IMG/VR virus record: IMGVR_UViG_3300037504_000331
Origin: an uncultured virus (IMG/VR IMGVR_UViG_3300037504_000331)
Taxonomy: Duplodnaviria > Heunggongvirae > Uroviricota > Caudoviricetes
Strand: one strand, 5' to 3'
Length of the DNA stretch: 64,000 bases
Shown: positions 25,576-34,135 of the stretch, piece after piece
Layout: the number at the start of each line of letters is the position of its first letter
How positions within the stretch are numbered: position 1 is the first letter of the stretch
The notes under the pieces: model-generated
Databases searched by the model: none
Told to the model about the DNA's origin: nothing
What the model saw: only the letters and a program-made list of their open reading frames with translations
Program-made: the position numbers and the translations under genes

Positions 25576-25962
25576 ATGGCAATCGACTACGCGGCCTTGG
25601 CCGGCGACGTGAAGCAGCTAATCGAGGACAACGGCCGTGAGGTCGATCTGATTCTGCACAGTGAGGCGCCGGCCGATAGTCAGAAACCCTGGCGTGGCCG
25701 AGACGACTCCAACGACACCACGATCACCGCTACAGCCATCCTCGTTGAGTACGAAGAGGATGAGATCGACGACCAGCTCGTTCGCCGGGGCGATCAGCGC
25801 TGCCTCCTGGCGGCCACGTCGGCGAACGTCGCCGGCCAGGACATCAAGAGCTTCGACACGCTCGACGACAGCGGGGTGACGGGCATCTGGCACATCATCA
25901 ACGTGAACCCAGTGCAGCCGGGTGACACGCTGGTGGTCTACGACATCCAGCTTCGGAGATAG
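25576..25962 (+). CDS. head closure/stopper protein
   Basis: LIEDNGR...RRGD...V.PG...VYDIQLR; position. Confidence 0.7.
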   Translation: MAIDYAALAGDVKQLIEDNGREVDLILHSEAPADSQKPWRGRDDSNDTTITATAILVEYEEDEIDDQLVRRGDQRCLLAATSANVAGQDIKSFDTLDDSGVTGIWHIINVNPVQPGDTLVVYDIQLRR

Positions 25963-25964
25963 AG

Positions 25965-26414
25965 ATGGGTTTCACGGTCGAAGAAGCGGTCGATGCGATC
26001 TACAAGCGCTTCACGGACGAGTGGGAAACTCTCGCGACGCCGCCGCTGCTCTTGTACGATGACTTCGGTCAGGACATCCCGAACACCGATACGCCGTGGG
26101 CCCGCATCCAGATCAGGCACAACGGCGGTGAGCAGTCGACGCTTCAGGAGCGTGGACAGCGCGAGTTCGAGCGCCTGGGCATCATTACCGTGCAGATTTT
26201 CACACCGCTCAACGACGGCCGGAAGGCAGTTGACCTGTACGCTCAGACCGCCATGCGGGCTTTCGAGCGACAGGCAGCGACGAAGATTGGCGGTACGAGC
26301 GTGGACGAGGTCTGGTTCCGCAACACCCAGACCAACGAGATCGGCCGCAACGAGGGCTGGTATCAGACCAACATCACCTCGCAGTTCGAGTACGACTTCT
26401 CGGAGAGCAGCTAA
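25965..26414 (+). CDS. tail terminator (DUF4128-like)
   Basis: PWAR...GIITVQIFTP...GWYQ. Confidence 0.7.
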   Translation: MGFTVEEAVDAIYKRFTDEWETLATPPLLLYDDFGQDIPNTDTPWARIQIRHNGGEQSTLQERGQREFERLGIITVQIFTPLNDGRKAVDLYAQTAMRAFERQAATKIGGTSVDEVWFRNTQTNEIGRNEGWYQTNITSQFEYDFSESS

Positions 26415-26490
26415 CCGCTTGCCAGCCGTTAACTGACGAGGTACTTTAACCGCCAAGCATGCTTGGCTCACCCTAACGGGAGCACGAAAG

Positions 26491-28062
26491 ATGGCCGTCT
26501 CGGATAAGGTCGACTCCAATATCACAGGGCTTCGGTTCGCCGTGGAAGACACCCTCGGCGTTCTGCCCGGCTCACCCACTTGGTACGGCCTTGAGCCGAA
26601 CTCCTACGATGATTTCGGCGGGCAGATCAGCACCACGGCTCGCGCCCCCATCAACGCCGGGCGGCAGCGCCAGAAGGGTGTTGTGACGGACCTGGATGCG
26701 TCGGGCGGGTTCAACAACGACCTGACCCAGACCAACTTCCAACGCCTCCTTCAAGGCTTCTTCTTCGCCGACTTCCGTGAGAAGGCGGACACGAACCCCT
26801 TCAACGGAACGGCCGTCACGATTACGAATGTGGACGGCACTGGCGAGACGTACGACGCGGGCAGCGGTCTCGACGTTTTCACCGAAGGCGATCTGATCTT
26901 CGCCTCGGGCTTTACGAACTCGGCCAACAACGGCTTGAAGACCACTGCCGGTGCCGGCGCTCCGACGGCGACGGCGGTAACGGTCAACGAGGACATCGTG
27001 GATGAATCCGCGCCTCCCGCAGCCGCTCGGCTGGTCAAAGTCGGTTTCGAGTTTGGTGACGGCCTCGTTGAGGTCGATGCCAGCGGCGACCTTCCGGTGC
27101 TGGACTTCCAGACTGGCGCCGATCCGGACAGCCTCGGTGTGATCCCGGGTGAGTGGATTTACATCGGCGGTGACACGTCGGCGACCCAGTTTTCGACGGC
27201 GGCCAACAACGGCTATGCTCGCGTCTTCTCGGTGACGGGCGGTGACGCCGGCTCGATCACCCTAGACAAGACGCAGGCTGACATGGTCACGGAGACCGGG
27301 ACCACTGGTGTCAGCCTGCAAATCTTCACCGGTCGGGTTATCAAGAACGAGGCCGAACCGTCAAATCAGGTGCGTCGCAGCTTCCAGCTCGAACGCACGC
27401 TGGGCTCGCCGGACGATGCCAACACGGACCTTCAGGCCGAGTACCTGATCGGGTCTATCGCCAACGAGTTCACGCTCAACTTCGCGACGGCAGACAAGAT
27501 CACCGCAGACCTGAGCTTCGTCGCCATCGACAACGAGCAGCGCACGCAGAGCGAAGGCGTGAAGAGCGGCGACCGCCCGCAGGTCAGCTCGGGCGACGCC
27601 TACAACACGTCGAACGACTTCTCGCGGTTGAAGCTGAGCCTGCTCGACCGCACGAACTCGAACCCGACCAAGCTCTTCGCGTTCGTCACCGAGTTCTCCG
27701 TGCCGATCAACAACAACGTCAGCCCGAACAAGGCCATCTCGGTCCTGGGCGCGTTCGACGTGACGGCCGGCGACTTCACCGTGGACGGCTCCGCCACGGC
27801 CTACTTCTCGCAGGTCGAGGCGGTCCAGGCGGTGCGCAACAACTCGGACGTGACGCTCGACTTTATCCTGGGCAAGAACAACGTCGGCATCGCGGTCGAC
27901 GTGCCGCTCATCGCGCTTGGCGACGGCCGCCTCAACGTCGAGAAGGACGCGCCGATCACTCTGCCGCTTGAGCTGGGTGCCGCCGCGGACGGCGTGTTCA
28001 ATCACACCCTCCTGGCGGTGTTCTTCGACTACCTGCCGGACGCGGCGATGCCGTCGGCATAA
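26491..28062 (+). CDS. major tail tube protein
   Basis: 523 aa; WY.LEPNSY.DFGG...R.PIN..RQRQKG; upstream of chaperone and TMP. Confidence 0.8.
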   Translation: MAVSDKVDSNITGLRFAVEDTLGVLPGSPTWYGLEPNSYDDFGGQISTTARAPINAGRQRQKGVVTDLDASGGFNNDLTQTNFQRLLQGFFFADFREKADTNPFNGTAVTITNVDGTGETYDAGSGLDVFTEGDLIFASGFTNSANNGLKTTAGAGAPTATAVTVNEDIVDESAPPAAARLVKVGFEFGDGLVEVDASGDLPVLDFQTGADPDSLGVIPGEWIYIGGDTSATQFSTAANNGYARVFSVTGGDAGSITLDKTQADMVTETGTTGVSLQIFTGRVIKNEAEPSNQVRRSFQLERTLGSPDDANTDLQAEYLIGSIANEFTLNFATADKITADLSFVAIDNEQRTQSEGVKSGDRPQVSSGDAYNTSNDFSRLKLSLLDRTNSNPTKLFAFVTEFSVPINNNVSPNKAISVLGAFDVTAGDFTVDGSATAYFSQVEAVQAVRNNSDVTLDFILGKNNVGIAVDVPLIALGDGRLNVEKDAPITLPLELGAAADGVFNHTLLAVFFDYLPDAAMPSA

Positions 28063-28118
28063 TCCTGGGGGCGGGTCTGACCGGGCCCGCCCCTCCATTC
28101 CCATAAGGAGACGAGACG

Positions 28119-28580
28119 ATGACGACCTCCAAGCAGAACCAGAACGATTCCGCCGAGGGCGCCGAGAAGAAGACCTCGATCTACGACCTGTTCGGCATGG
28201 ACGACAACATGGAGAAGAAGGGCATCTGGATCGACTACGGCCCGGCCGGCTCGTTCCTGATCGCTCGTGCCGGCGGCTCGAACCAGAAGTTCGCCAACAT
28301 CCTTCAGGCCAAGACTCGGCCGTACAAGTTCCAGATCGACAACGAGCTGATCGACCAGGAGACCGGACAGCGGCTCATGTATGAGGCGTTCGCCGAGGCC
28401 GTCGTGCTGGACTGGGAAGGCGTCTGCGACCGGGATGGCAACCCGATCCCCTTCTCCCAGAAGAACTGCGTCAAGCTGTTCGAGGACCTGCCTGACCTGT
28501 TCCACGACCTGCGTGAGCAGGCATCCAAGCTCGCCAACTTCCGGCAGCAGAGCTTGGAGGAGGCGGCAAAAAACTCGTAG
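28119..28580 (+). CDS. tail assembly chaperone (G)
   Basis: ARAGGSN.KF motif; ends just after a slippery heptamer. Confidence 0.8.
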   Translation: MTTSKQNQNDSAEGAEKKTSIYDLFGMDDNMEKKGIWIDYGPAGSFLIARAGGSNQKFANILQAKTRPYKFQIDNELIDQETGQRLMYEAFAEAVVLDWEGVCDRDGNPIPFSQKNCVKLFEDLPDLFHDLREQASKLANFRQQSLEEAAKNS

Positions 28581-28954
28581 AGGTCCTGCTTTACCAGCTA
28601 GAGCAAGGACCCGTCGAGCAGCAGATCATCCAGCAGTGCCGGCGTATGAAGGCGCCGATCCCTGATCGGATCAAGAACAAGCCCTATGTCAAGTACGGGC
28701 ACGAGTTCTGGTGGCAGGCGTACATGGACCTGTCGACCGAGCGCATCAACGGCATGGGCGAGGGAGCGATTCCCTGGTCCGCCGTGATGCGCTACGGTAT
28801 GCACTACGGCTGCAACTTCTTCGACCTCGAAGACCTCTGGGAGATCGTCAAGCACATGGACGTGGCGTATCTCAAGCACCGAGAGAAGAAGATGAAGTCG
28901 AAGCAACCGTCCTCGTCGAAGGGTAAAGGCATAGGGAAGAGCGGCAATGCCTAG
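28568..28954 (+). CDS. tail assembly chaperone GT extension via -1 frameshift
   Basis: A_AAA_AAC at 28568-28574; -1 frame open into ORF 28646-28954. Confidence 0.75.
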   Translation, partial: KKLVEVLLYQLEQGPVEQQIIQQCRRMKAPIPDRIKNKPYVKYGHEFWWQAYMDLSTERINGMGEGAIPWSAVMRYGMHYGCNFFDLEDLWEIVKHMDVAYLKHREKKMKSKQPSSSKGKGIGKSGNA

Positions 28955-29405
28955 GGACTTTAGAGAGCTTCCGTCTTTCCTGAGCAAGGTCGGTCGGAAC
29001 ATCGACATGAACACCGAGAACTTGGTGAAGCGCGTCGCCATCGAGGTAGGTGACGTGCTCATCAACAACACTCGGGTCGACACTGGCCTTGCTCGCTCGA
29101 ACTGGCAAGCTACTCTTGATGTCCCTGCTGCCGGAACGATCCCGCCGTACGCCCCCGGCCGCAAGCTCGGCTTGGCGGAGACGGCGAACGCGAATGCGGC
29201 CAAGGCTCAGCTACAGTCAACTACGTCTATCTTTGACCTCGGCCGCAACCGTGCGATCTTCATCACGAACAACGTACCGTACATCGGCTTGCTCAACGAC
29301 GGCAGCGTGGCTGAGTCGCCTACTAACTTCGTGGAGAAGGCTGTGCAACGCGGTCAGGCTGTGGTAAAAGCTCAGAGGAGCTTGACGAAACGACCGCGAA
29401 GGTAA
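28947..29405 (+). CDS. HK97 gp10-like tail completion protein
   Basis: TRVDTGLARSNW, ITNNVPYI..LN.G. Confidence 0.75.
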   Translation: MPRDFRELPSFLSKVGRNIDMNTENLVKRVAIEVGDVLINNTRVDTGLARSNWQATLDVPAAGTIPPYAPGRKLGLAETANANAAKAQLQSTTSIFDLGRNRAIFITNNVPYIGLLNDGSVAESPTNFVEKAVQRGQAVVKAQRSLTKRPRR

Positions 29406-29411
29406 GGCCCC

Positions 29412-31925
29412 GTGGCAACCGAACGCTTCATCATCGGAGTCGAGGCCCGAGGTACGCGTCGCGTCAAGCGTGACATCGACGCCATCGGCAAGTCGGCCCG
29501 GACCACGCAGCGCACGCTCGCGTTCCTGCGCTCGGCCCTCGTTGTCGTGGCGTCCGCTCGTGTCCTGCAAAACCTGAGTCAGTTCGTCGACGCCTTCACG
29601 AACATCCAGAACCGTATCCGGCTGGTGACGGACTCGACGCGTCAGCTCAATGCTGTGACGCGAAGGCTGTTCACGCTGTCACAGGAGACACGTACGTCCT
29701 TTGCGACAAACGCTGAGCTGTTCCAGCGGCTCGCCCGAAGTACGCAGGGGCTCAACCTAACCTTCGGAGAGTTGTTCGGTCTGACGGACACGATCACGAA
29801 GGCTCTGGCTCTGTCCGGTGCCACGGCGCAGGAGGCGAGCAACGGTCTGATCCAGTTCGCGCAGGGTCTCGCGTCTGGTACGCTCCGCGGCGACGAGTTG
29901 CGCTCCGTGGTCGAGCAGCTCCCGGCCCTCGCTGACGCCATCGGTGAAGAGTTCGGCGTGGCCGGCGGCCAGCTCATCGCTTTCGCCAAGGCGAACGAGG
30001 GTATCCTGACGACCGAGCGCGTCCTGCGCGGCATCGAGAAGGCCAGCGGCGACATCGACGCGGCGTTCCAGAACACCGAGGTCACGGTCGGGCAGGCGCT
30101 CACTCGCGTCCAGAACGCCCTTCAGTTCTTCTTGGGCGGCCTGTCGAACGCGACCGGCGCGAGCCGCGCGCTCGCACAGGGGCTCACCTTCGTGGCCGAG
30201 AACATCGACCGCATCGCCCTGGCGCTTGTAGCACTGGGCGGCCTTCTGGTGTTCAACCTCATCACGGCTCAGGTTATCGCTCTCATTGCCCGTCTGAGGG
30301 CTCTACTGACCCTCATTGTCCGTGGCATTGGTATCGCGGCCGTCAAGGCGATCTTCGCTCTCACAGGCGCTCTAAAGGGCGTGGCGGGCTTGCTACGGGT
30401 GATCCGCGGTCTCGTCCTCACGAACCCGCTGTTCCTGATCGGGGCCGGCGTGATCGCAGGTGTCGTCGGCGCCTTTTTCCTCCTAGCAAACGCTATCAGT
30501 AGCGTAGAAGACGTGCTCTCGCGCCTGGGACAGCTCGTAGACAACATCGTGGCCGCGTTCCTGGCCGGCTTGGAGACCATCGTGCTTCGATGGCGTGACC
30601 TGCCGGCGGCATTCCTGGACCTGGGCACGCAGGCGGCAAATGCCTTGATCGGTCAGATCGAGCGAGCTGTCGGCGGAGCTGTGAGCGTTCTCAACGTCCT
30701 CCCTGGTATCGACTTGGACCCGCCGGAGTTTGGTCGAATCACGAATGCGGCTGAAGGCGCTGCCGCGAGCATTGGAGAGACCTTCGACTCCGTGTTTCAG
30801 CGGATCGAAGAGGGTGGTGGCGGTATCGCCGAGCTTCAGCGCCGATTCGAGCAGATTCAGAGCTTCGTCGAGCAGTTCACGGCTCGCGGCGCCGGGCTGT
30901 CACCAGATGAGCTTGCGCAGCTCAACGAAGCGCTTCCGACTCAGCAGATCGGTGCGGCTGGCGAAGGTAACATCGGCCAGGGCGACGGTCTGAGCAAGAG
31001 CGACCTGGACTCGCTGCGCTCGTCGGTCGAAAGCCTCGTCAGCTCGGTGAGCCCGCTTCAGGACGCGATCTTCCAGGTGGCCGATGCGACCGAGACCTTG
31101 AATGCTGCCGAAGAGGCAGGGATCGACATCGGGCTTCGACGGGAAGAGGTGCTTCGCCGGCTGCGCCGCGAGATCGTCGGCGTCGGCAACGATACTACCG
31201 GTTATCGAGAGCAGCTCAAGCTCCTCAACGAGGCGCTTCAGGATGGCGTCATCAACCAGCAGGAGTTCACTCGGGCGGCTCGGGACTTGCGCATCTCGTT
31301 CCTGGACGATCAGACCTCGCTCGCGGCCGGCTTCGAGCGGACGTTCCTCAAGCTCACCCGAGACGCGGCCGATGGTGCCTCCTTCATCGAGGAGAGCATC
31401 AGCGGGGCCTTCCGCGGCGTTGAGGACGCCATCGTGCAGTTTGCCGAGACCGGAAAGCTCGCCATCGACGACTTCGCTCAGCAGGTCCAGGCGGACCTCC
31501 TGCGGCTCGCGACGCGCGGCGTGCTCAAGACCGTCGTCGGCGGCCTGGGCAACCTCCTGTTCGGTGCTCTGGGCGGGGGCGGCTTTGGCGGCGGCATCGG
31601 TCTGGGTCTCGGCCTCGGCGGGCCGGGTGCAGCGGGCCTGACGGGCTTCCAGGACGGCGGTACGTTCCCGGTGAACCGCCAGAACTCCGTCGGTGAGGTG
31701 CCGGGCGTGGATAATCGTGTCGTGGCCTTCCGAGCGAACGACAGCGAAGAGGTCGAGGTGCGTAAGAAGGGCGCAGGAGGTGACAAGGGCGGTCGAGGTG
31801 GTATGGTGGTCAACCAGACCTTCAACATCCAGACCTCGGATGCCGAGAGCTTCCAGCGCTCGCAGGGCCAGATTCTCACCAAGGCCGGCGCCGCGATCTC
31901 TCGCGCCACACGGAGAAACGGCTGA
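29412..31925 (+). CDS. tape measure protein
   Basis: 837 aa; QFAQGLASGTLRGDELRSV.EQ motif; helical, hydrophobic middle. Confidence 0.9.
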   Translation: MATERFIIGVEARGTRRVKRDIDAIGKSARTTQRTLAFLRSALVVVASARVLQNLSQFVDAFTNIQNRIRLVTDSTRQLNAVTRRLFTLSQETRTSFATNAELFQRLARSTQGLNLTFGELFGLTDTITKALALSGATAQEASNGLIQFAQGLASGTLRGDELRSVVEQLPALADAIGEEFGVAGGQLIAFAKANEGILTTERVLRGIEKASGDIDAAFQNTEVTVGQALTRVQNALQFFLGGLSNATGASRALAQGLTFVAENIDRIALALVALGGLLVFNLITAQVIALIARLRALLTLIVRGIGIAAVKAIFALTGALKGVAGLLRVIRGLVLTNPLFLIGAGVIAGVVGAFFLLANAISSVEDVLSRLGQLVDNIVAAFLAGLETIVLRWRDLPAAFLDLGTQAANALIGQIERAVGGAVSVLNVLPGIDLDPPEFGRITNAAEGAAASIGETFDSVFQRIEEGGGGIAELQRRFEQIQSFVEQFTARGAGLSPDELAQLNEALPTQQIGAAGEGNIGQGDGLSKSDLDSLRSSVESLVSSVSPLQDAIFQVADATETLNAAEEAGIDIGLRREEVLRRLRREIVGVGNDTTGYREQLKLLNEALQDGVINQQEFTRAARDLRISFLDDQTSLAAGFERTFLKLTRDAADGASFIEESISGAFRGVEDAIVQFAETGKLAIDDFAQQVQADLLRLATRGVLKTVVGGLGNLLFGALGGGGFGGGIGLGLGLGGPGAAGLTGFQDGGTFPVNRQNSVGEVPGVDNRVVAFRANDSEEVEVRKKGAGGDKGGRGGMVVNQTFNIQTSDAESFQRSQGQILTKAGAAISRATRRNG

Positions 31926-32812
31926 TGGCGTTCCACGACGTAAGGCTGCCCGAGCAGATCGAGCGCGGAAGCACAGGCGGGCCACGGTTCAAGACGACCG
32001 TGGTCACGCTTGCATCCGGTCACGAGTTCCGCAACGGCGACTGGGAACGGACTCGCGGCAAGTGGGATGCGGGCTACGGCATCCAGAACACCGACGATCT
32101 GTTCGACGTGGTCAATTTCTTCTACGCCCGGGAAGGGCGCTTGAATGCGTTCCGGTTCAAGGATTGGACCGATTTCAGACTGGACAACAACATCGCGACC
32201 GGTGACGACACCACGACCGTGTTCCAGCTCGTCAAACTCTACGAGTCCGGCAGCTTCCAGTATCAGCGCCGGATCACGCGGCCGGTCGCCGGTACGATCA
32301 CAGCGAGTGCGACGGTGAACCTCGTCGGAACCACGACCTACCAGTGGACGCTCAGTGGCTCTGGGACGGGTGAATACTATCTGGAAGCACAGGGCGGCGG
32401 GCAGCCGCCGCTCTCGAACCAGCCGCCCCAGGTCCACATCGGCGGATCGTCTGCACCTACCGGCACTGTCGGCTCGCTTGTGCAGGGTGAGTGGGATTGG
32501 GCCGACAACGACAGCCTGGGCTTCAGCACGATTTATGTGCGTCTCTCCGGCGACGCGGACCCAGACACTAGCGGCTCTGGCAATGTCCAGGCCGTTTACC
32601 CGGACAGCGATGTGACCAAGGACCCTGACACCGGACAGCTTACCTTCGGTACAGCGCCGGCCGAAGGCGCCATCGTGACGGCGGAATGCGAGTTCGATGT
32701 GCCTGTGCGCTTCGACACAGACGAGCTGGACATCCAGGCCGAGGCTTACCTTGGCGGTGACGGGTCTTCTGGCGTCATCCCGGACATCCCGCTCGTGGAG
32801 ATTCGCGAATGA
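31925..32812 (+). CDS. distal tail protein (DUF2460) with inserted domain
   Basis: FHDVRLP....GS.GGP.F.T, FRFKDW.D, EFDVPVRFDTD. Confidence 0.85.
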   Translation: MAFHDVRLPEQIERGSTGGPRFKTTVVTLASGHEFRNGDWERTRGKWDAGYGIQNTDDLFDVVNFFYAREGRLNAFRFKDWTDFRLDNNIATGDDTTTVFQLVKLYESGSFQYQRRITRPVAGTITASATVNLVGTTTYQWTLSGSGTGEYYLEAQGGGQPPLSNQPPQVHIGGSSAPTGTVGSLVQGEWDWADNDSLGFSTIYVRLSGDADPDTSGSGNVQAVYPDSDVTKDPDTGQLTFGTAPAEGAIVTAECEFDVPVRFDTDELDIQAEAYLGGDGSSGVIPDIPLVEIRE

Positions 32813-33675
32813 GCAAGACCATCTCCGGGCCGCTGAAGACCCACATCTCGGGTCCTGTCACGCGGCTGGCAACGCTCTGGCGTGTCGACCGCAAGGACGG
32901 GCAGTCCTTCGGCTTCACGGATCATGATCGGGACCTCGTCTTCGACGACGGGAACGGCCAGCTCACCTACGAGGCCGAGACTGGCTACTCGCGTACGGCG
33001 ATCACCAAGAGCATCGGCCTCGGAGTCGACAACATCGACCTCCGCGGATTCCTGGACAGCGCTGCGATCACCGAAGAGGACCTGCGGGCCGGCGTTTGGG
33101 ACAACGCGCGCGTCTACATCTCGCTCGTTAACTACAAGGACCTGACACAAGGGCAGCTCAAGCTCCTGCGCGGCGTCCTAGGCGAGGTGGCGATTGGCGA
33201 TGAGAGCTACAATGTTGAGCTTCGCAGCCTGTCTCAGCCCTGGCAGCAGACGATCACGCGGGTCTATACGCCCAACTGCACGGCGGACCTGGGCGATGCT
33301 CGGTGCAAGGTCGATCTGAGCGCGTTCCGCCAGACGGGCAGCGTCGCCAGCGTCGTGAATGCGCGCACGATCACGACCACGGGGATCACAGGCGCCGACA
33401 ACTTCCACAACTACGGCTTGCTCACCTTCACGTCCGGGCCAAACGAAGGGACCTCGTTGGAGATCAACGACTGGACCCTGTCCACGGCTACATTGCAGAC
33501 GTGGCTGGGCTTCCCGTTCGAGCCGCAGGTCGGAGACACCATCGAAGTGATTCCGGGCTGTAACAAGACGACCGACCACTGCAAGAACAAGTTCAACAAC
33601 ATCGAGAACTACCGGGGCTTCCCGACCGTACCGAACCAGCGTAAGGTGCAGCGGGTCAACTCTCCGACCGATTAG
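32809..33675 (+). CDS. baseplate hub protein (DUF2163/BR0599)
   Basis: R.DG..FGFTDHDRDL, C.A.LGD.RC, GC.K....C..KFNN..N.RGFP. Confidence 0.88.
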   Translation: MSKTISGPLKTHISGPVTRLATLWRVDRKDGQSFGFTDHDRDLVFDDGNGQLTYEAETGYSRTAITKSIGLGVDNIDLRGFLDSAAITEEDLRAGVWDNARVYISLVNYKDLTQGQLKLLRGVLGEVAIGDESYNVELRSLSQPWQQTITRVYTPNCTADLGDARCKVDLSAFRQTGSVASVVNARTITTTGITGADNFHNYGLLTFTSGPNEGTSLEINDWTLSTATLQTWLGFPFEPQVGDTIEVIPGCNKTTDHCKNKFNNIENYRGFPTVPNQRKVQRVNSPTD

Positions 33676-33684
33676 GAGGCCGCT

Positions 33685-34131
33685 GTGCATAAGGCTCAGG
33701 ACGTTATCGAGAAGGCGCGTGAGTGGATCAACACGCCTTACCGCAACCAGGGGCGGACTAAGGGTGTCGAGACCGATTGCGTCGGCATCCTCATCGGTGT
33801 GGGTCAAGACCTCGGCTTCGACACGGCGCATGAGCCTAAGGACTACGGGCAGATTCCGAACCCCAAGAAACTGCTTGCTCGCATCCGACAGTTTTGCGAG
33901 TTCAAGAGCTTCGATGTAGAGGATGCTCGCCCGGGAGACATCCTTCTGATAACGTGGCGGGAGCAGCCCGGCGGCCTCCCGCATCATACGGCCGTTCGAG
34001 CGGAATGGAACGGACGCCCGACGATGATCCATGCCCACTCCATCGCCGGCAAGTGCGTCGAACACGGCCTCACTCCCGACTGGAAAAAGCGCGTCCGGTC
34101 GGTGTGGCGCGTGCTTAACCAGGAGGACTAG
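33685..34131 (+). CDS. NlpC/P60 tail-associated peptidase
   Basis: W..TPY..QGR...DCVG...H motif. Confidence 0.85.
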   Translation: MHKAQDVIEKAREWINTPYRNQGRTKGVETDCVGILIGVGQDLGFDTAHEPKDYGQIPNPKKLLARIRQFCEFKSFDVEDARPGDILLITWREQPGGLPHHTAVRAEWNGRPTMIHAHSIAGKCVEHGLTPDWKKRVRSVWRVLNQED

Positions 34132-34135
34132 CTAG

